From an uncultured Gammaproteobacteria bacterium (GTDB lineage Bacteria; Pseudomonadota; Gammaproteobacteria; Steroidobacterales; BM003), in NCBI GenBank assembly GCA_963783695.1, contig CAWAOM010000006.1, positions 324,715 through 388,714 of the forward strand: a stretch of DNA of 64,000 nt, written 5' to 3'. Under the pieces are notes generated by a model. That model was not told where the DNA came from. It did not search any database and saw nothing but the letters and a program-made list of their open reading frames with translations. The translations under genes were made by a program, and so were the position numbers. Numbering within the stretch: position 1 is the stretch's first letter; the number at the start of each line of letters is the position of its first letter. This document shows positions 29,741 to 39,631 of the stretch, one piece after another.

Positions 29741-31045
29741 TCAGGCCGCCATTAGCGCCTCGATTGCGGCAGCGGACTTGGGCACGTCCCGACTCAGCAC
29801 GTCCGGCCCTTTGGCGGTGACCAGCACGTCGTCTTCGATGCGGACACCAATATTCCACCACTTGCGCGCGACATTCCTGCGCCCGCCCGGAATGTAAATG
29901 CCGGGTTCTACCGTCAACACCATGCCCGGCTCGAGCACCCGCCATTCGTCACCAACTTTGTAATCGCCGACATCATGAACATCCATGCCGAGCCAGTGAC
30001 CGGTGCGATGCATGAAGAAATCGCGATACTTCTCCTCACGAATGAGTTGCGCCGGCGTCCCCTTCAGGATTCCGAGCTTCTTCAGCCCCCTGGTAATTAC
30101 CCGCACTGCGGCATCGTGCGGATCGTTCCAGTGGTTGCCGACCCGGACCTGGTCGATAGCGGCAAGCTGGGCCTCGTGCACAATGTCGTAAATCAACCGC
30201 TGCTCTTTAGAGAACTTGCCACCGATCGGGAACGTACGCGTAATATCCGACGCGTAGTAGTCGTATTCGCAACCGGCATCGATCAGCAGCAGATCGCCGT
30301 CCTGTAATTCGGCATCGTTGGCTGTGTAATGCAATGTGCAGGCGTTGCGCCCACCGCCGACGATCGGCGCGTAGGAGACATCCGTGCCATTGCGGCGAAA
30401 CTCGTGAATCAGTTCCGCCTCGACTTCAAATTCTTTCATGCCCGGGCGGCATGCCTGCATTGCTCGGCAATGACCATTGGCCGCAATGCGCGCGGCCCGG
30501 CGCATGGCGCTCACCTCGGCGCGGCTCTTGTACAGGCGCATATCGTGCAGCAGATGATCCAGCGCCACGAACTCCTGCGGCGTATGCATGCCCTTTAGCG
30601 ATTGCGAGCGCAGTTGCCTTACCCAGCCGAGCACCTGTTGGTCGAACTCAGGGTGTACCCCCAGCGTGTGATAAATACGGTCGGATTGCTCGATCAGGCC
30701 TGGCAGGATTTCATCCATATCGGAAATCGGGAATGCGTCGTCGGCGCCGTAATCGGCGACCGCGCCGTCGGGACCGGCACGCACGCCGTCCCATGTCTCG
30801 CGTTCCGGGTCACGTTCCCGGCAAAACAGAATGTACTCGGCCTGCTTGCGTCCGGGAACCAGCACCGCCACCGACTCCGGCTCTGCAAACCCGGTCAAAT
30901 AATAAAAGTCGCTGTCCTGCCGATAGCCGTATTCCACGTCTCGATTGCGCAATTTGACCGGCGCCGCAGGCAGGACGGCGATTCCGCCCTGCCCCATCAT
31001 GCGCATAATCTGACGCCGTCTTCTGGCAAATTCCTTACTGTTCAA
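29741..31045 (-). CDS. pepP: Xaa-Pro aminopeptidase
   Basis: M24B motifs: DGDLLLIDAG, HRTGHWLGMDVHD, VLTVEPGIY, IEDDVLVT. Confidence 0.92.
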   Translation of the reverse strand: MNSKEFARRRRQIMRMMGQGGIAVLPAAPVKLRNRDVEYGYRQDSDFYYLTGFAEPESVAVLVPGRKQAEYILFCRERDPERETWDGVRAGPDGAVADYGADDAFPISDMDEILPGLIEQSDRIYHTLGVHPEFDQQVLGWVRQLRSQSLKGMHTPQEFVALDHLLHDMRLYKSRAEVSAMRRAARIAANGHCRAMQACRPGMKEFEVEAELIHEFRRNGTDVSYAPIVGGGRNACTLHYTANDAELQDGDLLLIDAGCEYDYYASDITRTFPIGGKFSKEQRLIYDIVHEAQLAAIDQVRVGNHWNDPHDAAVRVITRGLKKLGILKGTPAQLIREEKYRDFFMHRTGHWLGMDVHDVGDYKVGDEWRVLEPGMVLTVEPGIYIPGGRRNVARKWWNIGVRIEDDVLVTAKGPDVLSRDVPKSAAAIEALMAA

Positions 31046-31054
31046 ATCCTGTCC

Positions 31055-31627
31055 TCAATGCAAGCGGCCGGGCGACATATCGAGCCGTCCCGAATCCATC
31101 CCTTCATAGATTGTCTGCACACCGACGCGGACATACTCGACAATTTCTGTCAGCGCGGTATCCACTTCTTCCTCGTCGCAGCCGCTGCCGGGGTCGGCGC
31201 GGGTAATCTCGGCGAAATCATTCAATAACTCGCGAACATCATCCGGCAACGGTTTGTCAGCCGCTAACTGACCACGGCCAAGTCCGTGGAGGAAGCCCTC
31301 GCACCACTGCGCCAGCGCCTCCACACGCAAATTCTCGCCGGAATCGTCATCGGGCAGTAACAGGCGAAATGCCAGCTGCCGCGACTGTAGTTCGTCGCCG
31401 CAGCCACGGTCGAGGCCGGCAAGCAGGCGGCTCAGCGGCTCGTTGCCGGCATTGCGTTCACCTGACGGGTAAAGATAGTCGAGCAGACAGTTGACTCGTT
31501 GCTCGACGCCGCCACATATGAGCCCGACGACAACGCCATGCAATTCGGCCGGAGTAGCCTCGGCGCCGGCAGCATCGAGAAGCGCCACAACCTCGCTGTA
31601 ATCGGGTAATTCCACGGGATGAACCAT
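31055..31627 (-). CDS. ygfB: UPF0149-family protein YgfB
   Basis: Homology starts at MVHPVELPDYSEVVALL...ELHGVVVGLICGG. Conserved position upstream of pepP. Confidence 0.78.
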   Translation of the reverse strand: MVHPVELPDYSEVVALLDAAGAEATPAELHGVVVGLICGGVEQRVNCLLDYLYPSGERNAGNEPLSRLLAGLDRGCGDELQSRQLAFRLLLPDDDSGENLRVEALAQWCEGFLHGLGRGQLAADKPLPDDVRELLNDFAEITRADPGSGCDEEEVDTALTEIVEYVRVGVQTIYEGMDSGRLDMSPGRLH

Positions 31628-31727
31628 GCTCCGGGAGGGTCCATATGCTAACACCCGATGTCGGTTTAACCCAGTCGCGAGGCGCGGATTGATTGACCGT
31701 CCCACAGACCGGTTCTATAGTTGCGCC

Positions 31728-31958
31728 ATGACTGATACGAGCCCGAAACATGAATTCGAGATCGAACTCAAACGTCTCGAAACCCGTCTGGACGATCTGG
31801 TCGATATATGCTCGCAGCTCCAGGAAGAGAATCGCTCGCTGAAGCAACGGCAGGACGCCCTGACCGCGGATCGCGCCTCCCTTCTGCAAAAAAACGAGCA
31901 GGTCAGAGCCCGCGTTGAGGCAATGATCAGCCGCCTCAAATCCATGGAGAACGGTTGA
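31728..31958 (+). CDS. Small coiled-coil protein preceding zapA (TIGR02449 / ZapB-like)
   Basis: 76 aa heptad-rich sequence (LKRLETRLDDLVDICSQLQEENRSLKQRQDAL...). The stop overlaps the zapA start. Confidence 0.6.
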   Translation: MTDTSPKHEFEIELKRLETRLDDLVDICSQLQEENRSLKQRQDALTADRASLLQKNEQVRARVEAMISRLKSMENG

Positions 31959-32275
31959 TGCCCGCAGATGTCGTACGTGTCACGATCCGGATACTGGAAA
32001 AGGAATATCAGATTTCCTGTCCGGTCGATGAGCGCCAGGCCCTGCTCGACTCGGCTGACCTGCTCAACACCAAGATGCTTGAGATACGCGATGGCGGACG
32101 AATCGTCGGCCTCGACCGGATTGCCGTGATGGCCGCCCTCAATCTTGCCCATGAGGTGATCAATTCGGGAAGCAGTGGCGGCGAGCAGATTGACGACTCG
32201 TTTGGTCAGCGCCTGAAAAACATGCGCGAGCGCGTCGAGACGGCTCTGGAACACGGCCAGCAACTCGAATTCTGA
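31955..32275 (+). CDS. zapA: Cell division protein ZapA
   Basis: VTIRILEKEYQISCPVDERQALLDSADLLNTKMLEIR...IAVMAALNLAHE matches ZapA. Confidence 0.88.
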   Translation: MMPADVVRVTIRILEKEYQISCPVDERQALLDSADLLNTKMLEIRDGGRIVGLDRIAVMAALNLAHEVINSGSSGGEQIDDSFGQRLKNMRERVETALEHGQQLEF

Positions 32276-32319
32276 GCGTCATCAGGCGCGCTCACGTATA
32301 CTGAGTGTCAAGTAAGACT

Positions 32320-32508
32320 GGCGCTTCCTGCGGTGTTCGGCAGCAGATCGGGATTCCTTCGAGCCTAATCTGTTACATCGGGGCAATACGGCTGAGTGCG
32401 TCGTTGAGCAAACCCGCTTCTGGCGGGAAGCCTGAGACCAACCGCCGTGCCCCACCTATCGCTCTGGTTCGAGAGCGATGATCTGCACCGGCACAGGCGG
32501 GAAGCGCC
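32320..32508 (+). ncRNA. ssrS: 6S RNA
   Basis: Sits in the conserved zapA-ssrS-ygfA slot. The 5' GGCGCTTCC pairs with the 3' GGAAGCGCC to close a roughly 189-nt rod-like fold. TATACT at 32296-32301 could be the -10 element. Ends are approximate. Confidence 0.72.
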
Positions 32509-32535
32509 TCTTCCCAACATCTGATCGTTGATTCC

Positions 32536-33159
32536 ATGGATAAATCCAAGTTGCGGCGGCGCATGCGGGAAACGCGGCGATCGCTGGACGAGGCGACCCG
32601 GCTCGAACTCTCCGCCCGCGGTTGCGAGGCACTTCGCAGTAGTCGCTTCTACCGCCGTGCCAAAAACATAGCGTGCTATATCCCGTTTGACGGCGAAGCC
32701 AGCCCGCAACCGCTTGCGGCCCAGGCCTCGGCCGACGGCAAGAACATCTACCTGCCGCTCGTCGGAACGCGCAAGCCCCAGCCTCTGCGCTTTGCCCAGG
32801 TGGGCGCCACTACTGAGTTTCGCAACAACCGTTACGGCATTGCCGAACCCGACACGGCAAATGCCCGGCTGATCGAACCGCGCTGGCTCGACCTGGTTGT
32901 CATGCCACTGGTGGCTTTTGACGACAATGGCAATCGGCTGGGGATGGGCTCGGGCTACTACGACCGGACCTTTCATTTTTTGGCGCACCGGCGTTTGTGG
33001 TTGAAACCTAGCCTGGTCGGAATCGCGTTTAATGTTCAGCAGGTAACCGCATTGCAGCCGGCGCCATGGGATATCCCGATGGCCGCGGTGGCAACAGAAA
33101 CCGGTCTCGTGGATTGCTTGCGAAACCGAAGCAACGACGAACCAGGGAGTAACAGGTGA
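32536..33159 (+). CDS. ygfA: 5-formyltetrahydrofolate cyclo-ligase
   Basis: MDKSKLRRRMRETRRSL..., YLPLV, NRYGIAEP and GMGSGYYDRT motifs. Confidence 0.88.
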   Translation: MDKSKLRRRMRETRRSLDEATRLELSARGCEALRSSRFYRRAKNIACYIPFDGEASPQPLAAQASADGKNIYLPLVGTRKPQPLRFAQVGATTEFRNNRYGIAEPDTANARLIEPRWLDLVVMPLVAFDDNGNRLGMGSGYYDRTFHFLAHRRLWLKPSLVGIAFNVQQVTALQPAPWDIPMAAVATETGLVDCLRNRSNDEPGSNR

Positions 33160-33617
33160 AATTCTGGCTTATGAAATCCGAACCTGAAGAATTCGGTATC
33201 GACGATTTGAAACGGGTAAGAACCGAACCATGGGATGGTGTACGCAACTACCAGGCCCGAAACATGATGCGCGACGAAATGAAGAAAGGCGACAAGGCCT
33301 TTCTCTATCATTCCAATTGCGACGAACCTGGCGTTTACGGTGTGATGCGTATCAAACGCAATGGCTATCCGGATCACACTGCATTTGATCCTGACGACAA
33401 ACACTATGATGCAAAAAGTGATCCTGAAAATCCGCGTTGGTTTATGGTCGATGTTGGTTACGTGCGCAAATTCAAACAACCGGTATTGCTAAGAACAATG
33501 CGCGAGTATGCAGAGAAAGAACTCAAGGACCTTGCGCTTCTACGCAGAGGCAATAGACTTTCGATCATGCCCGTTACTGCCACGCAATGGGATTTCATTC
33601 TGGAACTGAGTAAGTAA
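33156..33617 (+). CDS. EVE-domain (PUA-like) protein
   Basis: (V)KFWLMKSEPEEFGIDDL...WDGVRNYQARNMMRDEMKKGDKAFLYHSN is the canonical EVE N-terminus. The GTG start overlaps the ygfA stop (GTGA) and GGGAG lies upstream. Confidence 0.85.
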   Translation: MKFWLMKSEPEEFGIDDLKRVRTEPWDGVRNYQARNMMRDEMKKGDKAFLYHSNCDEPGVYGVMRIKRNGYPDHTAFDPDDKHYDAKSDPENPRWFMVDVGYVRKFKQPVLLRTMREYAEKELKDLALLRRGNRLSIMPVTATQWDFILELSK

Positions 33618-33833
33618 ACCCCTTTATATGTAGCGTTTGCACATAGGGTGCAGAAACGACACATTGCCTTCGCGTTACAACTCACAGCGGCGAACACAAG
33701 TCGCACAGCGAAGTAAGCCTGCATGCATCGATGTGACAGACATCGCAAAAAACCCTTGTGAGTAAAGTAGTTGCTGGAATTTTGAATACTCTTGTATATA
33801 CTCGGTCGCGGACACCCTGACACGGAGACACAC

Positions 33834-34418
33834 ATGGCTACGAGAAAGAAAGCCGTTTCGAAGAAGAAAGCTTCGACGAAACGGAAGACAACTGCGAAGA
33901 AGCGCGCGACCAAGAAAAAAGTTGCAACGAAGAAGAGAGCCGTTGCACGTAAGGGCGCCAAGAAAAGAGTAGTGAAGAAAAAAACGGCTGCGGCCAAGCG
34001 TAAGGTGAAGAAGAAAGTTGCCAAGCGTAAGGTCAAGAAAAAAGCGGCTGCTACCAAGCGCAAGGTGAAGAAGAAAGTCGCCAAGCGTAAGGTGAAGAAG
34101 AAAGTCGCCAAGCGTAAGGTCAAGAAGAAGGCGGCTGCTACCAAGCGCAAGGTGAAGAAGAAAGTCGCCAAGCGTAAGGTCAAGAAAAAGGCGGCTGCTA
34201 CCAAGCGTAAGGTGAAGAAGAAAGTCGCCAAGCGTAAGGTCAAGAAGAAGGCTGCCGTTGCGAAACGCAAGGTGAAGAAGAAAGTCGCCAAACGTAAGGT
34301 GAAAAAGAAAGTTGCCAAGAAAGCCGTGGCTCGTAAGAAAACGACGGCCCGGAAGAAAGTAGCGAGCGCGAAGAAGCGCGCCGCAAGTAAAAAGCGAGCA
34401 GTTTCCAAGAAACGCTAA
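33834..34418 (+). CDS. Lysine-rich histone-H1-like repeat protein (probable nucleoid-associated/DNA-binding)
   Basis: 194 aa, almost entirely K/R/A/V/T. GGAG lies 8 nt before ATG 33834 and a strong terminator follows. The alternative minus-strand ORFs encode implausible F/L-rich repeats. Confidence 0.75.
   Translation: MATRKKAVSKKKASTKRKTTAKKRATKKKVATKKRAVARKGAKKRVVKKKTAAAKRKVKKKVAKRKVKKKAAATKRKVKKKVAKRKVKKKVAKRKVKKKAAATKRKVKKKVAKRKVKKKAAATKRKVKKKVAKRKVKKKAAVAKRKVKKKVAKRKVKKKVAKKAVARKKTTARKKVASAKKRAASKKRAVSKKR
33996..34316 (+). repeat. In-frame tandem coding repeats: 11 KRKVKKK modules (27-bp KRKVKKKVA and 33-bp [11 protein letters not shown] units)
   Basis: Near-identical DNA units AAGCGTAAGGTGAAGAAGAAAGTCGCC / AAGCGTAAGGTCAAGAA(A/G)AAGGCGGCTGCTACC repeated head to tail. 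Total 321 bp. Confidence 0.9.
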
Positions 34419-34467
34419 AATTATTGCCATTTGTGCGTTGGGGCATTGTCCCGACCCTCGCACCGAA

Positions 34468-34497
34468 AGTGCCCGCATTGACGGGCACTTTTTTTTG
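34468..34497 (+). terminator. Rho-independent terminator after the lysine-rich gene
   Basis: AGTGCCCG-cattga-CGGGCACT stem followed by a T9 run. Confidence 0.85.
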
Positions 34498-34581
34498 CCT
34501 TCTCTCCGTCACTGGAGTCAGGAGCCAACTCGGGCTATTGTGGCTGCCGCGGTGCAACACGGCGGCAAACGGGGAACCGGC

Positions 34582-35250
34582 ATGGACCAGAATGAGAAGA
34601 AGCGTCTCGCGGCGACGGCGGCAATTGATCATGTAGAGGAAGGTATGTTGATCGGGGTGGGCACCGGTTCCACTGTCAACTTCTTTATCGATGCGCTGGC
34701 CGCCCGAAAAGAAAGCATTCGCGGCGCGGTGTCCAGCTCGGAGGCCTCGACCAGCCGCCTCGCGGGCGCGGGCATCGAAGTCATCGAACTCAACGATGCC
34801 GGCGCACTGGATGTTTATATCGACGGCGCCGATGAGGCCGATCCCAACCTGCACCTGATAAAGGGCGGTGGTGGCGCGCTGACGCGTGAGAAAATTGTCG
34901 CGGCGGCCGCAAGAAAATTTGTCTGCATCATCGACGACAGCAAGTTGGTTGACGTGCTTGGCAAATTTCCATTGCCAGTTGAGGTCATCCCGATGGCACG
35001 CAGCTATGTCGGGCGCCAGCTGATCGCAGCGGGAGGCCAGCCCGAACTGCGGACCGGCTTTGTCACTGATAACGGCAACCTGATTATCGATGTCCACAAT
35101 TTGCGCCTCATCGACGCGGTTGCGATGGAAACACGACTGAACCAGATTGCCGGAGTGGTCAGTGTCGGTATTTTCGCCCAGCGCCCCGCCGATTTGTTGT
35201 TGATCGGGGCCGAAGACGGCGTACGCAGCCACTCCCGAGATACCATTTAG
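34582..35250 (+). CDS. rpiA: Ribose-5-phosphate isomerase A
   Basis: [32 protein letters not shown]...DGADE...[11 protein letters not shown] motifs. ATG 34582. Confidence 0.92.
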   Translation: MDQNEKKRLAATAAIDHVEEGMLIGVGTGSTVNFFIDALAARKESIRGAVSSSEASTSRLAGAGIEVIELNDAGALDVYIDGADEADPNLHLIKGGGGALTREKIVAAAARKFVCIIDDSKLVDVLGKFPLPVEVIPMARSYVGRQLIAAGGQPELRTGFVTDNGNLIIDVHNLRLIDAVAMETRLNQIAGVVSVGIFAQRPADLLLIGAEDGVRSHSRDTI

Positions 35251-35262
35251 CCCGTCGGTGCC

Positions 35263-35571
35263 TCAACCCTGACCGGCACCAAATGAATTTGCGTAACCGG
35301 CAAGGACACTGACCACGCGCCACAGCAGGAACGTAGCGCACCATACGCTCCCGATCCTCAGCCACGACTGGGCGCCGGGTTTGCGGAGGAAAAGCCCGGT
35401 TACGGCGGCACAGGCATATGCCTGCAGCGCAACATACGTCGTCATTGCAACAGGCCTCGCAAGGCCCGCGCTCATGGCATAGACCAGGACTACTACAACA
35501 AACAAGGTGGCGAACACCGCCGCCCGCGCTATGGCACGCAGCGGGTTCGGTGCCGCCGTCGCACAATTCAT
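35263..35571 (-). CDS. Small hypothetical membrane protein (about 3 TM segments) directly downstream of menD
   Basis: The ORF has G/C-rich third positions and hydrophobic stretches (AVFATLFVVVVLVYAM, YVALQAYACAAVTGLFL, VWCATFLLWRVVSVLAG). No recognisable family. Confidence 0.45.
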   Translation of the reverse strand: MNCATAAPNPLRAIARAAVFATLFVVVVLVYAMSAGLARPVAMTTYVALQAYACAAVTGLFLRKPGAQSWLRIGSVWCATFLLWRVVSVLAGYANSFGAGQG

Positions 35572-35578
35572 ATTCGCA

Positions 35579-37330
35579 TCAGCCGTCGTCGCGAGCGGAC
35601 GCACGCCACCAGGCGTGGTGGGCAACGGCGCTGGCCTCGCGCGAGACGCACATCTCGATCAACATCGCGGAAGATGCGGACAGAGCCTGATCAAGTACGA
35701 CAAGCGGATCTTCATCGGTCTCGATTCGGCAATAGTCGAACCCGAACAAATCGGCAACCGTTGCGAGATCCAGACCCGGCGGAGTAAGCCAGCCCTGTTC
35801 GAACTCGGGCAACTCCTTCTGCGCAAGGTAACCGAAGATCGCGCCGCCACCATTGTTGATTGCAATCAGCTTCAATCCATGCCGGGCCGCGACTGCCAGT
35901 CCGTTCAAATCGTGGAAAAGCGCAACATCGCCAACAACAGCAACGGTTGTCTCCGACGCCACGGCCGCAATTCCCGCAGCGGTCGAGATATTGCCATCGA
36001 TCCCGCTCACGCCGCGATTGCCGAAGATCGCCAGCGGCGCCTCACGGCCGCGCAGAAAAGAATCGGCATCGCGGACTACCATCGAGTTGCCAAGAAACAG
36101 GGATCCGTTCCCGGCAATCGTCGTGCAGGCTGCCTGCATCAATGCAGCCTCGGGTGGCAGCAGCGCCGGGTCAACGCTCAGCGTCTGCTCATCGCTGCGC
36201 CGCCAGGCAACCATCCAGTCTGCGTGCGAGGCCACTGACACCCTATCGCACAGCATTTCAATCACCCGTCCGGGATCGGCATGGATCACCAGACCGGCCC
36301 GCAATGACGGATCTGGCCAACCCGGGTAAGCCGACACGATCATCGGCCGCGGCATCCCTGGCTGTGCCAGCCACCGTTGCAGAGCAGCCGAGGTAGGCGT
36401 AGCACCGAAATGCAAAACCCACTCGGGAGAGGCTGGCGGCTGCCCACGCAAAAAGCCATCGTAACTGCTGATAACCGACCGTTTCGGCCATGGCCCGCAG
36501 CGCAGACCGGACAATGGGTCGGCCAGGATGGGAGCATCACACTTGTCGGCCAGCGTGACTAAAGCCGACGGATCGATTACGCCGCTATGGCAAGGTCCGC
36601 AGACTATCATTCCGCGCCCGCCCGAGATCGCCGCCGCTATCTCTCCAAGCGCCCATGCATCGGGTTCGAGCGTCGGCCGCGCGACGTTCACCGGCTCCGC
36701 CATACGGTTTGCCGCAGGATCCGCGTCGCCCGTGGCTGCCACAACCAGCGGCTCGCGAAACGGGACATTCACATGCACCGGTCCCGGCCAGGGCCACTGC
36801 GAAATATCTGCTGCACGTGCGCCGACGCTGGCGGCATGGGGATAGTCGACGTCGGCGCCGCTGGCTGGAGCAAGCGCCAGAAACGCGCGAACCCGTTGCC
36901 CGAACAACACGCTCTGGTTCGTCGTCTGATTGGCCCCGCAATCGAGCAGTTCCGGTGGCCGATCGGCGCTGACGAATATCAATGGAATGCGGTCCTCATG
37001 CGCCTCGACCAGCGCCGGATACCAATTGGCCGGTGCGGATCCGGACGTAGCGACCAGGACAACGGGCCGGCACGATTTTCGCGCCATGCCGAGGGCAAAA
37101 AACGCTGCTGAGCGCTCGTCGATAACAACCTCGGTGGTGAGACACTCATGGCGCAGACATGCCAGTGCCAGCGGAGTCGAGCGCGAACCCGGCGATATCA
37201 CCGCTCGCATGACCCCGCCCTTAACCAGGCCCGCAACCAGTGACTGCGCCTGGCGCAGTCCCTCGAGCGCCTGATCGTCAGCCAATGGCGAGCGCCTCAC
37301 GCAACGCATCCAGTTTCCAGCGCGTCTCAT
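35579..37330 (-). CDS. menD: 2-succinyl-5-enolpyruvyl-6-hydroxy-3-cyclohexene-1-carboxylate synthase
   Basis: ThDP enzyme: VISPGSRSTPLALA, GNSMVVRD, GNRGVSGIDG. The start is ambiguous (37330 or 37309); either overlaps the menF 3' end. Confidence 0.85.
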   Translation of the reverse strand: MRRAGNWMRCVRRSPLADDQALEGLRQAQSLVAGLVKGGVMRAVISPGSRSTPLALACLRHECLTTEVVIDERSAAFFALGMARKSCRPVVLVATSGSAPANWYPALVEAHEDRIPLIFVSADRPPELLDCGANQTTNQSVLFGQRVRAFLALAPASGADVDYPHAASVGARAADISQWPWPGPVHVNVPFREPLVVAATGDADPAANRMAEPVNVARPTLEPDAWALGEIAAAISGGRGMIVCGPCHSGVIDPSALVTLADKCDAPILADPLSGLRCGPWPKRSVISSYDGFLRGQPPASPEWVLHFGATPTSAALQRWLAQPGMPRPMIVSAYPGWPDPSLRAGLVIHADPGRVIEMLCDRVSVASHADWMVAWRRSDEQTLSVDPALLPPEAALMQAACTTIAGNGSLFLGNSMVVRDADSFLRGREAPLAIFGNRGVSGIDGNISTAAGIAAVASETTVAVVGDVALFHDLNGLAVAARHGLKLIAINNGGGAIFGYLAQKELPEFEQGWLTPPGLDLATVADLFGFDYCRIETDEDPLVVLDQALSASSAMLIEMCVSREASAVAHHAWWRASARDDG

Positions 37331-38661
37331 CGAGCTCGGTCTCGGGAACTGAACCCGCCACTATGCCTGCGCCCGCGAACAGATCGGCCGTGGCGCCATT
37401 GAGCAGGCCGCAACGCAACACCACGGAAATCTCTGCGCCGTTGCCATCCAGCCAGCCAACCCCGCCCGTGTACCAGCCCCAGCGGGTTTCGCCGTGGTGT
37501 TCGAGCCAGGTCAGCGCCTGTTCCCGCGGCGTGCCGCCTACCGCGGGCGTCGGATGCAGACGTGCAATCAGCGATAGCGGGCGCACACCCTCGCGCAGTT
37601 GTCCATGCACCTGGCTCCACAGATGTTGCACAGTCGGAAGTTTGAGCAGGCTCGGCGCCTGACAGGCACTCACACTGACGCAATCCGGTTTCAGCGCGCC
37701 GATGATATCGTCGACGACCACCGCATGCTCGTGTTGAGCCTTGACTTCCTTGAGCAGCATCTCGCCGGCAATTCGATCCTCTTCGGGCGGACTCAGGCGC
37801 GGCGCCGAACCGGCCAGCGCGTCCGCCAAAACCGCGCCATCGCGAATACTCAACAAGCGCTCTGGCGAGACTCCGACCAGCGCCATTTCCGACTCACGGA
37901 AGGAAAACAACGTGCAGTCATTGTAGCGATCGCCGAGCCAGGCCAGCACTGCCCCCGGGCGCAACGGTCGCGAAGTCAGCATCCGGATACGGCGGGTCAA
38001 AACGAGCTTGTCGACATTGCCGCTGTGAATTTCGGCCAGCGCCCGCCTGACCCTTGCGAGCCAGTCACTCTCAGCGCCCGGAATCTCACGCAACACGATC
38101 GGCGCCGGATTGGTGACGATCGTCCGCGGATCGAAAGCGCGAATGATCTCTTCCGCGCCGCTACACCATTGCGCCATGACATCGTCGCGGTCTTCGTCGG
38201 CACGGCAAGAGAACGTCAGCCGGCAACCGAGCGGCCCGCGATCGATAACGACCCGCGGCACCATAGCCAGCGTATTGGCAAGAGGGGCCCAGTCGCGTTG
38301 CACCTGCTGAACCGGGCTGAACGCAAACCCGAGAAACACCCCTGGCACATCGTCGCCGCGCGACCAGTCCGCTTCCAGCGAGCGCAGCCGGAGGTCGAGT
38401 TTTTCAAATCGGTCGGCACCCGCGAACGCGAGCCGCAGCGCCCGCCCCACGCCCAGCCGGTAATGGCCCTGGGCGGGCCTCGACCAAAAAATGGAATTCT
38501 CCGGCAACTCAACCGGTGTCGGGAAATCCGGCATCGGAGCATCCAGCGTCACGCTGGTCAGATAACCGCGCTGGACCGACGCCAGTGCCGCCGCCAGTCG
38601 GGTCGGCAACTGGACGAGAAATTGGTCGACCACGGGATGTTTGGCTGGGTGCGGAGTCACT
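37278..38661 (-). CDS. menF: Isochorismate synthase
   Basis: C-terminal chorismate-binding domain (VGVSPERL, ALAGSAPR, LHPTPAVGGTPR, WYTGGVGW, AGAGIVAGS). The start is uncertain: GTG 38661, GTG 38633 or ATG 38534. The ORF-track 795-aa version runs antisense through menB and is not credible. Confidence 0.8.
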
Positions 38662-38792
38662 GATCGCCTAGGGGCAAAATCACTTATCAAGTGTATCACG
38701 CAGGCACCCCCGATCGCCCGGCGCCGGCGCCGTGGTTGCTGCGGACAGGCGCCCGCGTACAATAGCACCGCCCTTTCGCCGGAGACCTTCCC

Positions 38793-39614
38793 ATGCAGTT
38801 CAAGCCCGTGCCCGACAAGAGCTTTGAGGAAATCCTCTATGACCATGCCGGAGGCATCGCCCGGATTACGATAAACCGGCCGGAGGTGCGCAACGCCTTT
38901 ACGCCCGAGACCATCGTGGAGCTGCGAGAGGCTTTTCACCATGCCCATCTGGACCAGAACATCGGCGCCATCATTTTCACTGGTGCCGGTGACAAGGCTT
39001 TCTGCTCCGGCGGCGATCAACGGGTACGTGGTGAGGACGGCGGCTATGCGGATAAGAGCGGCGTCAATCACCTCAATGTTCTCGACCTGCAAATGCAGAT
39101 CCGCCGCCTGCCGAAACCGGTGGTCGCAATGGTCGCCGGATACGCAATCGGCGGCGGCCATGTGCTGCATCTCGTGTGCGACCTGACCATCGCAGCGGAC
39201 AACGCGGTTTTCGGCCAGACCGGACCCATGGTCGGCAGTTTTGATGCCGGACTCGGCTCGGGGCTGCTGGCACGCACGGTCGGGATGAAAAAGGCAAAGG
39301 AAATCTGGTTCCTGTGCCGCCAGTATGGCGCCGAGGAGGCGTTGCAGATGGGTCTGGTAAACAAAGTGGTGCCGCTGGCGCAGCTCGAGACGGAGACCGT
39401 GGAGTGGTGTCAGCGCATGCTCGAACTCAGCCCGATGGCGTTGCGCTGTCTGAAGTCTGCTTTTAATGCCGATACCGACGGACTCGCCGGGATCCAGGAG
39501 CTGGCTGGCAATGCGACCGGCCTGTTCTATCTGAGCGACGAGGCACGCGAGGGCCGCAACGCGTTTATCGAAAAACGTAACCCCGATTTCGGCAAATTCC
39601 CACGTCGCTCCTGA
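38793..39614 (+). CDS. menB: 1,4-dihydroxy-2-naphthoyl-CoA synthase
   Basis: Crotonase fold: [32 protein letters not shown]. Confidence 0.93.
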   Translation: MQFKPVPDKSFEEILYDHAGGIARITINRPEVRNAFTPETIVELREAFHHAHLDQNIGAIIFTGAGDKAFCSGGDQRVRGEDGGYADKSGVNHLNVLDLQMQIRRLPKPVVAMVAGYAIGGGHVLHLVCDLTIAADNAVFGQTGPMVGSFDAGLGSGLLARTVGMKKAKEIWFLCRQYGAEEALQMGLVNKVVPLAQLETETVEWCQRMLELSPMALRCLKSAFNADTDGLAGIQELAGNATGLFYLSDEAREGRNAFIEKRNPDFGKFPRRS

Positions 39615-39631
39615 GCCGGAGATCCGAACAC

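Noticed and set aside
33458-34478. Minus-strand ORFs (316 aa and 267 aa) across the lysine-rich gene
   Set aside because: They translate the repeats into F/L/T-rich or L/G/D-rich low-complexity strings and have no SD or terminator. The plus-strand reading has an SD, a terminator and a known protein class.
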